Assembly: GCA_013265495.1 (NCBI GenBank)
Contig: MU058287.1
Location: 248,001-312,000 of the forward strand
Reading direction: 5' to 3'
Length of the DNA: 64,000 bases
From: Vicugna vicugna
Lineage: Eukaryota
Part shown: positions 26,050 to 39,229 of the stretch, one piece after another
How positions within the stretch are numbered: position 1 is the stretch's first letter
Layout: every line of letters begins with the position of its first letter
Made by a program: the position numbers and the translations under genes
Notes under the pieces: generated by a model
The model's input: the letters and a program-made list of their open reading frames with translations, nothing else
What the model was told of the DNA's origin: nothing
The model's database searches: none

Positions 26050-29000
26050 GAGACCAATAGCAAATAGCCAAGAAAACTCATGTGTTTCTGGCAAGAAGAG
26101 TGAAAAAGTAACCATTCTGAAATATACCCAGAGCATTCTCAACAACAAAGGCCTCTTGGAAGGGGAAAAGACTTTACCAATGCCTAACAGACTTGAGGTA
26201 AGGGCAATTTAAATGAATGGGCAATTTAAATAAGGGTAAATTAAATGAATGACAATGAAGTTATAAGGAATGGAAAGGAGGAAGTGAGACTGCCTTGTTA
26301 TTAGGTTACTTGACTCAGACCCCTTCTAGCTTTCCTGTATCACAGCCCAAGGACACAGGTCCACTAAAAGACTAAGATTGAACCATATAATTATAGAACA
26401 CTTTTCCATCATCTCACCTACCATCACATCAACAGGGCTCCAGTATAATAGTGAATTACAACTGAGAGAGCTACAAGACACAGACTCTAAGAAGGAATTC
26501 TTAGGGAAACTCAAAGATGAAGGAGTGAGAAAAACAAGGACACTAAAGGAAATTGAAGTCTCTGGCACCTGTGGCCATAGACAACATTAAACACAGCCTA
26601 AGTTCTAGGTAGACTAACACACGAAAGTTCTATTTACCTCAGTTTCTAGTACTGGAAACATCATGTATGAATTTCAACAAAAAAAATTGCAAAGCATAAT
26701 AATAGTAAAGAAAAAATAGAATCTGAATAGAGAAAGCAAGCATCAGAACCAGATATGGCACAGATGTTGGAATTATCAGACAAGGAATTTTAAATAACCA
26801 TGTTTAATATATTAAGGGCTCTCGTGGCACAAGTAGAGAACACATAAAAACAGGAATGTTGTATGCAGAGAGTTGGGAACTCTAAGAAAGAATCAAAAGG
26901 AAATACTACAAATCAAAAGCACTGTAACAGAAATGAAGGATGCCTTCGATGGACTCATCAGTAGACTGGACACAGCCAAGGACAGAATCAATGAGCTTGA
27001 AGATATGTCAGTAAAAACTTCTCAGATTGAAATACAAGACAAAAAAGAATGAAAAGATGGAACAGAATATCCAAGAGCTGTGGAGCAATTTCAAAAGGTG
27101 TAACATACACAATTTGGAATACTAGAAGAAGCTAGGGTGGGTGCAGGGGCACCTTTTAGTTATAGAAGAACGAGGGTAGGATTCATAGCATATTTCTCAG
27201 AAGAAACCACTGCACGCAAGAGGATGATGGCATAAAATACTTAAAGTGCTGAAAGAAAAAAAAATTGACCTAGAATTCTATATCCAGCAAAATTATCCTT
27301 CAAACATAAAGGAAAAATAAAGATTTTTCTCAGAAAATAAAAACTGAGGGAATTCATTGCCTGTAACCCTGTCCTAGAAGAGATGTTAAAAGATGCTCTT
27401 CAGGGAGAAAGAAAATCATAAAGGGCAGAAACTTGGATCTACATAAGGAAAAGTAAAACATAGAAAAAAGAATAAGCAAAGATGAAATAAAATATTTTAT
27501 TTTTCTTATTTGTAATTGATCTATTAGAGAAGTGTTGTTCAAAATTACAATAATAACAATGTATTGGGTGATTATTGTATGTGGATAAATTAAATGAATG
27601 ACAATGAAGTTATAAGGGATGGAAAGGAGGAAGTGAGACTGCCTTGTTATTAGGTATCTGCACTGCCTATGAATCAGTATTTGAAAGTTATGTTAGTTAT
27701 GAATGTGTATTGCAACTTTAGGGAAACAGTAGGGAAAAATTTACAAAAAGAAGTATAATTGATAATGTAAGAGAGAAGAAAAAATGGATGCATATAAAAT
27801 ATTTAATTACCAACACAGGAAACACAAAAGAGGAGGAAGAAAAAAGAAACAAAAAACAAGAACAATGAATAGAAAATACAAGCAAGACAGTTATTAATCC
27901 AACTATATTAATAATTACTTTAAATGTGATGGATTCAATTCAGCAATGAAAAGACAAAAACTGTCACAAATATAAAATAACAATACCCAAAAATGTGTTG
28001 CCTATAAGAGACTGACTTTAAGGATAAAGACATAGATAAGCCAAGAGTCGAGGCCAAGAGTAATGGAGAAAGATATAACCTGCCAATACTAATCAAAATA
28101 AAAGTGATATTTATTTCAGGCAAAGCATACTTCAAAACAAACAAAATTATCCCAGATAAAGAGAAGCATTATATAATGATAAAAGGATTAATTCTCTAAG
28201 AGGACATAATAACCTTTAATGTGTTTGCTTCTAACAACAGAATCTCAAAATATGTGAGGGAAGAACTGATAGAACTTTAAGAAGACATATTCAAATCCAC
28301 TGTTACAGCTGGAGGTTACAATAGCTTTCTTTAGTAATTGCTAGATCAAGCAGGCAAAAAATTAGTAAGGATATAGTTAGCCTGAACAGCACCATCAATC
28401 AACTTGATCTAGTTGACATATATAGAATACTGTATTCAACAAGAGCAGAGGACACATTCTATTCAAGCTCACATGGAACATTCACCAAGATAGATCATCT
28501 TCTGAGCCAAAAAACACACCTTAAATTTAAAAGAATAGAAATCATACAAAATATATTCACAGTCCACAATGGAAGTAAACTAGAAATTAATAACAGAAAG
28601 ATATCTAGAAGAGCACAAGCTATCTGGAGATTAAGTAACACACTAACAGATAACACAGGTCAAAGAAGAAGTGTCAAGAGAAATTTAAAATATTTTGAAC
28701 TGAAAGAAAATGAAAATACAATTTATCAAAATTTGTAAGATTCAGAGACTGCAATGCTCAGAGATTAATTTAGAACATTAAATGCATATATTAGGAAAAA
28801 AAAACAGATCTAAAACCAATACTCTAAGTTTCCCCTTTAGAAGACTAGAGAAAGAAGAGAAATTTGTACCAAAACCAAGAAGAAGAAAGAAAATAATATA
28901 AATTAGAGCAGAAATTAATAAAATTGAAAACAGGAAATTGATAAACCAAAAACTAATTATTTGAAAAGATCAGTAAAATGGATTAAGCTCTAGCCAGGCT

Positions 29001-29990
29001 AACCAAGAAAAGAACAGAGAAGACATACAGTTACTAATATTAGAAATTGAAGGGGAGTCTCCTACTGATTCCATGGACATTAAAAAAATAATTTAGGAAT
29101 ATTATGAACAACTCTGTGCCCACAAACTTGATAACTAGATGAAATGGACCAATCTACCAAAACTGACACAGGAAAATTAGACAATTTGAATAGGCCTGTA
29201 TTTATTAGAGAAGGTGAATCAATTATTAATAATATTCCAAAACATAAAACACTAGGCTCAGATGGTTTTACTGGTGAATTCTACCCAACATTTAAGGAGG
29301 AAAGGATACCAACTCTTCACAATCTCTTTCAGAAAATAGAAGAGAGAAAATACCCTCTAACTCATTCTGAGACCAGTGATGTGAATAGTAAAGACATTAC
29401 AAGGAGGAAACCTACAGATACGTATCTTACTTGAACATAGATGCAAATCTTCTCAAACATAACTGAATCGAGACACAATCCTTTCACAAAAATTAACTCA
29501 AAATGCATCATAAACCCAAATGTAAAACTCAATTCTATAAACTCCCAGAAGAAAACATAAGGAATTTGGGTTTGGCAAATCTTTGAGGTATAACACCAAA
29601 GCATAAGAGAAAAAAACAACACTGAAAACTGATTTAGCCCCCCAAAATATGATGTAAATATATTTGGTGGATAAAAGGTAGGGGAAAAAAGAGGGAAGGT
29701 GTTGCTAAGAGGACTGAACTCCTATCTTTCATCTTAGAAAGTCAGAAGATAATATCTAAAGTGGATAAATCAAGAAACAGCAATATATGACTATTTTTAA
29801 GAAACGTGGTTATAAAAGATAAATGAAACAGCTGAAATTGTTGAGTATGGTTTCCTTGGGGAGCAGGACAGGGCATGCGAAGGAGACTGTAAGGGCTGCA
29901 GTTGGACAGGACAGAGAGTTTCTGCTCTTTTAACATGAGCTTTATAGAACTTTTGATGATTTAATTCCAATAAAAATTAAAATGAAACTG
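26050..29990 (+). mobile_element. Old L1 (L1MC/MD-like): 5' region, ORF1 and ORF2 endonuclease relics, then a 3' fragment
   Basis: ORF1 motifs (agaattctatatccagcaaaattatccttc) and ORF2 motifs (catggaacattcaccaagatagatca; GSDGFTGEFYPTFKEE in ORF 29144..29434); many stops. Confidence 0.88.
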
Positions 29991-31426
29991 AGACATGAAC
30001 ACCGTAACTCAACTTGAAAAAAAGGTAGTAATTGACTCTGTTACTCTGCCCTTGCACTAGTATGGGTGTAATGCCACGCTGTCATCTAATATCTGAATTA
30101 GTGTTAGACTGGGAGCCTTGTCATGAAGGCAGGGGCCACACCTGCTTCACATACTGCTATATGCACGTGGCTGACACATTCTAGGCACTGCTACGTATTT
30201 GTTGAATGAAAAAATACATAAAAGAAACATTTAGCAGTTCTAGAAGCAGAACACAGAGGACCAATGTGACCAATAATACAGAGATGGCCTCACTATAATT
30301 TGGCACTGGGCACTGGCACAAAACAGAAGCTCAGAAACGTCTGAGAACATTGCTATTTATTAAAGAAGGTTGGAGGTTAGAGAGAGGAGAGATTGGTAGT
30401 CCAAGGAGGTCACAGGATCAAGGAAGATGTAATAATCAAAGCAGGGATAACCCGAACATTGTTTGTAATCCGAAAAAATAAAAATCTCTTAGGGGGAGAC
30501 ACATGAAATGTGCTAGATAAACACTAGAGATCATTTCTGCAAATATGGAAAACTGTGATTTTCTGTTGTGGGACTCGGGATGTTCCTCCCCCTCCCCTTC
30601 CAGAGCTAGTAGTCTAAACGCTTGGGTTTCTCACTCCTCTAGCCAAACTCTGATGATTGCTTGGGCCGTAACAGTCCCTTGCTGACCGCACTCCCCACCT
30701 CCCTCCAGAAAGAACACATGTTCCCCACAGTGTTCAGTGTGTCAGCTTGATGTTTGGCACCCACATACTTCGAGAAGGTCCAAATGATTAATGTTAAGCA
30801 AAAACGGTCATGAGTTTTATTCAGGGAAATTTGAATTGAATTCTCTCCAGGGCAACATCACCAGAAGACCAGGTAGGCTGTAAAAGGGACCCCAAGGAAA
30901 CCAATCATTTGCAACCAGTTTAGACCTGTGTCAGGACATGCGCTGGGGGAAAATATTCCGAGTAGATTATTGGCCTGCCTTGTAGCTAACTTGCTGTGTG
31001 TGGTATTTGTGATTTAGAATCAGGAAGAAAACACATCCTCCCATTACCTCATTATAGGAATTCATTTTGGGAGGCACACACCATTTGCCTCTTTCCCCGG
31101 GGATGGGCGGAGGGACTTGTAACCTTGAAAACATCTTTGTGTGTGAGAAGTACAGAAATATATGATCTGTTTCGGCACAGAGAGAAGCAGCGGGAAGCTT
31201 TTATTGTTTTTGTTTGCTGTTTGTTTTTCTCCCTAACCTAAGTTGACTGTGCTAAGAACTTCACATTATCAGATGACTACATCTCTAAGGGAAGCAGTAT
31301 TGTTTGTACCCCCTTTAGCAAAGAGGAAACTGAGGCGGGAGAAGTTAATTAATATCCAAGGTGACCTCACTACCATGTGGATGTGCTAGAAGTTGAGCTC
31401 AAGTACAGATGACATAATGACATAGA

Positions 31427-31605
31427 CAGGACCTGCTACATCATTTGTGGGGCACAGAGCAAAAATAAAATTACGGAGCCCCTTATTCAAAAATTATTGT
31501 GTATTTCAAGATGGTAACAGCAGAGCATCAAGCCAAATGTGGGACCTTTCTGAGCACAGGGCCTGACGTGACTGCACAGGCTGCAAACCAATAAAGCAGG
31601 TCCCA
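31427..31605 (-). mobile_element. hAT-Tip100 MITE (MER45A-like)
   Basis: caggacctgctacatcatttgtggggc...atttcaagatggtaacagcagagcat...gactgcacagg...gcaggtccc, ~180 bp. Confidence 0.78.
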
Positions 31606-33369
31606 TGTATAGTACCTCCCAGGTTCTATAAACTGGGGCTAGCTCTAACAAGAAAACTGAAAAGACTTGGAAGAATCAGAAACCAATTTTGCCTTAAAAG
31701 ACTGTCTTGAAGAATGCTCTGTTAAGCTCACAGTAAATGAAGAATTATATAATTACATCTGTGACTTCTAAAATTATCTCTGTAACTGAGCTAGAGGATA
31801 TTTCAGCACTGCTTCAGATGGCATCCTTCCATTCGGTACTTGCCTGTGAATTGATGCCTTAATTCTCTATCACTACCATACACATCACCAAGCAGAACTT
31901 TTTGAGCTCTGTTTTCAGAGCCTTGTCCTTGTCTAGACAGATGTCCTTTGTCATATTCCCTGGGACATACAGCTTTTTCCACTCGAAACTTAGCACCCCC
32001 TCCACAGTGATCTCAAGGGCATACCTCTGCACCCTCATCTGGTGCACAGTGGACTCGAGAAATGTTTGTTGAATTAATGAATGAGCACACGAACTCCAGT
32101 ACACTGCAGAATTCTAGATTCTCAGAAATGTAGCAAGAACCAGTCTCCATGCAATCAGTCCTTAGGAGATGTCCAAGGGGCCTTTAGAATGGTCCTAAAA
32201 TGAGACAGATCTAAAGAGAGGGCTAGGACTAAAGTCAGCACCTGAGCCATAAGTCAAAGCTGCCCTGGAAAAGTCCTTGAGAAGCACCACGTTGGAGGCA
32301 CCACGTGAGACACTCAAACTCCCACTGGGCGAGAAGCTGACGCACATCCCTCGTCTCACCCCACCTTGGGGCACGTGCTAATTGCCTGCCAAGCAGAGGA
32401 GTAAATTCCAGTAAGCTAACTAAGTCAGAGCCTCCTCTGAAGGAAGTGTTTCTCACTTGATCCCTGCTGTGGTTTTTCTCCCCTGGGGAGAAGTTGTAAA
32501 ATCTGATTGCTGAGTTTTTATGAGAGACTCTGTCTTGTGTTAAAACTTCACCAAAACTGATTTATCTTATACCTGGCAAAGTTTCTAAATCTCACACGTT
32601 TTCTGCACTGAGCATGAGTTGCTTTTATGGTCAGTGAGGAAAAAAAAAAGAAAAAGTTTACAGAGATTTCAAATTTGCATCATTTTTTGGGTTTGGTTCT
32701 GAGCACGTTAAAAGCTGTTCCTGCGCATCGTATCCGAGTCTCCAGAGCACTGGATGAGCCTGGTGTACGGGCGAGAGCTGCTCTGCTGTGGTGGGTATCT
32801 CTGCTTCCCCACCTCGTGACCCTCTCAGGGCCTCGGTGTCTTCAATTGTAAAATGGTACCAATAGAATACCTTCTCCAAAGAGCTGCTCCTGTAGAACCT
32901 TTAGCACAATGCCTGTCGCTGAGAATTCAGTGTCGTTCACTATTAGCTGTTACCTCATATGAGTCTGTGTCCTGTGTGTCTTCTGCGCTAAAAGCCAGGC
33001 TATGAAATAGCCTTGCTCCTTATCGAAACATGAATAATAAAATCAATGTTTAAATCTTCTTTAAAATAAACTAACCTTAAGGACTGAAAGGTTATCAGCA
33101 GTGAAATAGGTACATGTGTTTATCCAGAATAAACAAAGGTGACAAGGCCAGAAGAGGGGAGGGAGATTTCTCCCTGTCCATAGCTCCTCAGGGACTCCAG
33201 TGACTACCACAACTCATGGTTTATGTGATGAGATGAAATTTGGCCAGGGGGCGTAAATGGCTTGACAAGATCAGTTTTTCTTTATTTACCATTTATCATT
33301 TATACCCAGTCAACATCCAAAGTAGATTTGAATGATACGCACTTGAAATCTGAAAAATTTCTTGCTTCT

Positions 33370-36300
33370 ACTTTGTAGGTGCGGAGTCCAGTTTTCTCAT
33401 TATCCTCAATTCTCAAAGATACTGTGCTTGCAGGTATCTGCCCTACCTTGGAACCACTCGTCTGTTGGCTTCAAGACACCACACTTCAGTCTTTCTTCCA
33501 CGTCTGTAGCCCCTCTGTTTTCAGTCTCATTTTTAACCTCATCCTCCTCAAACTACCCCTTAAATCTTGATTCTTTTCAGGGTTCTCTTACAGACCTACT
33601 TTCTTCAGACTGTGTGCGCTACCTAGGTAACCTTAATCTGTTCCCGTGGCCTCAACCACCATCTTTTCGCCAATGACCCCAATATCTGTATTGCCACATC
33701 AGTCCTTTCCCTACAGTCCAAACCCATGGAAGTGCCTTCAGGATACCTCCTCTTGGATATCTTACAGACACCTCAGACTCAGCATGTCCAAACTGAGCTC
33801 GCCAGCCCCTCACACCAGCTCCCTTACGGCACTCCCTGTCTCAGGAAATGGCGGCACCTTCCACCCAGTTAATCAAGCCAGGAATCTATGATTAATCCTT
33901 AATTTATCTCAGTGCCCTCATTGCCTAAATCCAATTAATCAACAGTTTCTCTTCATTCTATTTCCTGAATCAGTGCCTTTCAAACTAACTTTACTATAAA
34001 TAAAAGAAATATCTTTTGCATCGTGACTGTGCCAGTGCACACATGGAACAGAAGTTTCACAAAACAATTTTTATCATCATTATATGCAAGGCCTTCTGAT
34101 ATTTTCTATTATTTTTCTTCTATTGTTCCTTTTTAAAATGGTAGTAACTAGTGGATTGTTGGCAAATATTAAACTACCAGCCCTTCTGGAGGTGAGGGAA
34201 GGGGAGCCTGATGTGTAGCATTTGTCAGTTTTCAGTGTAAATACTCTCACCATTGGCTGAATTTAAGCCACCAGCCAAGAAGCCTGCAAACATCCTAAAG
34301 ATACCAGCTCTCCTGACCATATATAGTACGTCATCATTTATCACCTAGAGTTTTTGATGGACACTAGCCTAAATATCTCTTAAATCTACCAACTAATTTT
34401 CATTCCCAATGCTACCACTCCAGTCCTCGCCACCACCATGTCTGATATAATTGGTTTCTGGGTCAATCTGATTTGTTTCCCATTTATTTACTACCCTTCA
34501 AAAACTTCCTATTGTCCAAATTAGGACAGAGTCTACAATTCTTACCATGGTTTAAAAAGCCACCCACAGTTGAGCACCTGCTTGCCCCTCATGCCCTCGC
34601 CCTTGATTTCAACAAAAGTGGTTTTTTTCTTGAACATCTGGGAGTTCTCCCTTGTTTTTATGTCTCTGGACATACTATTCCATTTGGCTAGGAATTTCTC
34701 GCCTCCCATTTTTGTTCAACTAACTCTTACTCATCTTTCCCTTCGCAGCTTAAATGCGACATTGTTCATTTATTCATTATCCTACTATGTGACAGGCATC
34801 GTGGTAAGTGCTGAGGATACAGTGATGTGTAGAAATAGACACAGTCCCTCATCTCACAGAACTTAATATGCTAGAGGGGAAGAAACATTATACAAATCAA
34901 ATATCATTCAAACTGTGTATTAATAAAAGAAGAGCTTAGAAAAATAGGAGTCATTGTTCTATAAGAGTATATCAAATCTGACCTACTGTAGTAGATCCAC
35001 GAAAAGTTTCCTATGTGATGACTGGTTCATTATAATAGCTGAGCTAAGATATAAATGAAAAATATAACTTAATGAGTCTAAAGTTGGGTAACAGCACAGG
35101 CAAAAAGAGAGGAATGTGTAAATCCACATGGCAGGAAGGAACACGGTAAAATCAAGGAACCAAATGCAAGCCAGTGTAAGAGAAGCAAGGTATGTGATGG
35201 GGGTATGAGACAGGTAGAAGCCAACTCTATAACAGGCACCCCAGACGTCATTGAAAATTGGGGGGGAAAAGCAATGGAACGTCACTGACTTGTTGGAACC
35301 AGGGATATAATGTGTTCATATTTCTGGTTTGAAAAGCTCACTCTGGCAGTTGTGAGGATGAATTGGAAGGAAACAAAAGTAGATGTGGAGACAAATTAGA
35401 AACTATTACACTACTCCAGACAGAGATGGTCGCAACACAAATTAAGATGTTGGTCGTCCATGGAGATGGAAAAAAAAATTGACATATTAGAAAGTTGTGT
35501 GAGATAACTGACAAGACAAGACGACAGATTGGCATATGTGGTGAAAGAGAGGGATGTAGCAATGACCCCCAGGTTTGAGTTACAAAATCAAAAGGATGAT
35601 AGTACCATTTGCAGAATGGAATGTCAGAGGAGGACCAGGTTCGTTGGAAAAAAGCATGACTTTAGCTGTGGCTATATTGAGTTTTAGGTACATGTAAGAT
35701 GTGTAAAATGAGATGGTCTGAGGACTACTTGATAAACTATTCTGGAACAGAGGAGACATCTGGATTAGGACCTAGATCTGTGAAATGACTGTGTATAGGT
35801 AGTAAACATGCAGCCATGGACATGAAAGAACTCATCAACTGAAAATGCATAATAGGAGAAGACGGTTTCCAAACCAATTCTTAAGGAAATTGCACATTCA
35901 CTGGCTGGGCAGTGAAAGGTGAACTTACAAAGGGAACCAAGAAAAGCAGCCAAAGAGGTAGGAAAACAGGAGAAATTGATGTCACAGAGCGAGGACATTT
36001 TGGTGGAGTATCAAGAAATGAAGCCAGACTGTTGTAGGTGGTGGGGGCTGAGTGCAAAGTACAGATCTGGAGTCAGTGAGTGTAGACTCACTGGACAAGT
36101 CTGTCCTTGAAGAGAAGGAGATATACAGAGTTGTATTTGGAAGCTGATGGAAACTTTTTTATTGTGTTTGTAAGAAAAGCATTTGAGCATATTTATCAGC
36201 GATGAAAAACTTGGTTTGAAAGAAAGGTGAACATACAAGGGAGAGGAAGGCTAATGGTGTCAGGTTCACAAAAAAGCAGAGAATGATCCCTGGACACCCC

Positions 36301-36480
36301 TGACACGCCTACACTCACCTCGGTTCTGAGGACACTCGTCATTTCTCCATTAACTCTGTGTTCCTTGTTAGACAGTACTGCCCAAGGACAAGAATCACCT
36401 TTGCCCCATTTGTTTCCGTATCCCTGGTGTGCGGCACAGTGCTCAGATAGGAGGCATGAATAAATGTCATTTTAATTGCA
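33370..36480. mobile_element. L2 relics in both orientations, with nested hAT MITE fragments (~33970-34320)
   Basis: ctcagactcagcatgtccaaactgagctc (L2, +) and ttcattcattatcctactatgtgacaggc (L2, -). gatgtgtagcatttgtcag...gtaaatactc is MER63-like. Confidence 0.6.
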
Positions 36481-36930
36481 TATTAAAGTGAATAAAATTG
36501 GAAGTACATTTAACAAAAGAGGCAATCCCAGAAGTCTTGTGATACTATAGCATATGCATACATATGTATGCACACGCACATACACATGCGCACACACATA
36601 CTGTAGTTATTGATTTTTTAGGCTAAATTGAAAAATTGGTATCATTCCCTTAAGCATAAGCTGTTTTGGGCACTAAGACAAGAGGGCCTTAAGATAAGGT
36701 AGAAACTGAAAGTCAACTAAGAACTGAGAACTCTCCACATATAGATGAGCAAGGCCATGCGTCATTTTTTGTGCAGAAAATTAAGCCCTGATTATATCAA
36801 GGAAACAAAGGGTGAAAGTGCAACCCATCAGGACAAGTGGATGCACCATCCACAGCAGTCCAGGTGGAACCCCACACAACGGGGCTTCTGCATCTGAGAT
36901 GGTCTGGTGACCTGCTAAGTCCAAAAACTT

Positions 36931-37122
36931 GAAAGAAAGAAAGGAAAGGAAGGAAGGAAGGAAGGAAGGAAGGAAGGAAGGAAGGAAGGAAGGAAGGAAG
37001 GAAGGAAGAAAGAAAGAAAGGAAGGAAGGAAGGAAGGAAGAGGAAGAAAGGGAGAGAGAGAAAGGGAGAGGGAGAGAGGGAGGGAGGGAAGGAAGGAAAG
37101 AAAAGAAAGGAAAGAAAGAAAA
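36931..37122 (+). repeat. (GGAA)n/(GAAA)n compound microsatellite, 192-bp pure purine tract
   Basis: Directly visible; the source of the low-complexity ORFs at 36781-37165. Confidence 0.97.
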
Positions 37123-37864
37123 CATTCATTTCATTTTTGGAGACAATATTAAATGCCTCATATAGGGAAGCAAGTCCACGTGGGAGAAACTCCCAATTTA
37201 TCCCATCCCACCCCCTACCGCCCCCTACCAGTAACCATAATCAGAGCACTTTATATCCTTAGAAATCATTGAGGACCCCCAAAAGCTTTGCTACATCAGT
37301 TACATCCATTGAAATTTATTGGATTATGGATTAAAATGAGAAGTCTAAAAATAACTAATTTATTTAAAAATAATAATAAACCCATTGCACATAAACATAA
37401 AATAAAATCATTTTGTGAAAATAACATTTTCTAAAACAAAAAAAGTGAGAAAATAACTGTGCATTTTGAAGTGTATTTTGTCAATCTCTTTAATAGATGA
37501 CTTAATATAGATGGATTCACAAAAAAAAAAATCCTTTCCTAGCTTTTCCATTTCTTAAGAGAAGTTCTTTAGTCCAGCCTCAGTTTCTTTCTCTGTGAAA
37601 TGAGGATAATCAGACCTCATAGGGTGGTTGAATAAAGTAGAGGGATTACATATAGTGTTAGAGCACCATGCTCAGAATAGCCGTCCACTCCCTGACCTAA
37701 GAATTTTACCTTTCATCATCATTTCTGACATCCTCTCATTATGCTCTACAAACTCTGATTTTTACCTCAGTAGAATGAGGATGATATGCCATATCTAGGA
37801 TTTTTGAGAAAACTACATGACATAATGTGAATGAAGTTTCTTCATGAAATACAAAGAACTACTT

Positions 37865-38299
37865 TTTTTCTTGAAGTATAGTTAACTTACAATATTATAT
37901 TAGTTTCAGATGTACAACATAGTGATTTGATGTTTTTATAGATTATACTCCACATAAAGTTATTATAAAATAGTAATTATATTACCTGTGTTGTACATTA
38001 CATCCTAGGATCTTATTTCATACTTAGTAGTTTGTACCTCTTAATCCTCTTCACCTATCTTGCCCCTCCCCTAACTCCTCTCCCCACTGGTAACCACTAG
38101 TTTGGTCTCAGTATTTGTGAGTCTATTTCTGTTTTGCTATATTTGTTTGTCTTGTTTTTTAGATTCCATATATATGTGAAAACATACAGTATTTGTCTTT
38201 CTCTGTCTGACTTATTACACTAAGCATTATACCTTCCAGGTCCATCCATGTTGTTGCAAATGGTGAAATTTTGTTCTTTTTATGGCTGAGTAGTATTCC

Positions 38300-38354
<55 letters not shown>

Positions 38355-38765
38355 ACCACATCTTCTTTATCCATTCATCTTTTGATGGACTCTTAGGTTG
38401 CTTACATATCTTTGTTATTGTAAATAATGCCTCTGTGAACAGCAGGGTACATATGTTTTCAAATTAGCATTTACATTTTCTTCAGGTATATACCCAAGAG
38501 TGGAATTGCTGGATCATATGGTAGTTCTATTTTTAATTTGTTGCAGAATCTTCATACTGTTTTCCATGTGGCTGCACAATTTATTTTCCCACCAATAGCA
38601 TACAAGTTTCCCTTTTCTCCACATCCTCGCCAGCATTTGTTATTTGTGTTCTTTTTGATGATAACCATTCTCACAGGTGTAGGTGACATCTCATTGTGGT
38701 TTTGATTTGCATTTCCCTCATGATTAGTGATGTTGAGCACCTTTTCATGTGCTTGTTGGCCATCG
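37865..38765 (-). mobile_element. 5'-truncated, relatively young L1 with 15-bp TSD; contains (TG)n at 38302-38352
   Basis: ORF2 C-terminal relic (PFATTWMDLEGIMLS). TSD tacaaagaactactt (37850-37864) vs tacaaaggactactt (38766-38780), 14/15. Confidence 0.92.
38302..38352 (+). repeat. (TG)~25 microsatellite
   Basis: Directly visible. Confidence 0.97.
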
Positions 38766-38784
38766 TACAAAGGACTACTTAAAC

Positions 38785-39145
38785 CAGGGGCCAGCAAAAT
38801 ACAGCTAATGGGCCAAATCTAGCCCCTCCACCACCTGTGTCTCATTTTTTTCATTTCTTTTATGGCCCACAAACTAAGAATGGTTTTTACATTTTTTGAT
38901 GACCAGAAAAAAGTCAAAAGAAGATGATTATTTTATGACATGTGAAAGTTATATGAAATTCGAATTTCAGTGTCTATAAATAAAGTTTTATTGGAACACA
39001 ACCACACTCATTTGTTTACATAGAGTCTCCAGCTGCTTTTGCACTGCAATTGCAGAGCTGAAAGTTGTGACAGAGATAGTATGGCTTGTAAAACTGAGAA
39101 CATTTACTATCTGGTTCTCTACAGAAAAGGTATTGCCTACAAGGG
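38785..39145 (+). mobile_element. hAT-Charlie MITE (MER58-like)
   Basis: caggggccagcaaa...gggccaaatctagccc...gtctataaataaagttttattggaacaca...tttactatctgg. Confidence 0.85.
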
Positions 39146-39229
39146 GTATAGAGATTTTTTTTAAGATATTGGCGAAGTAGCTGTCATATAGTGAAGGCTC
39201 AATAAACAGATGTTGTTGTTTTTGATGTT

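Noticed and set aside
30711..30724. AGAACA-ca-TGTTCC as an androgen response element
   Set aside because: The spacer is 2 bp; canonical ARE/GRE needs 3 bp.
36781..37165. FLPS/KEGR-repeat ORFs
   Set aside because: Translations of the GGAA microsatellite.
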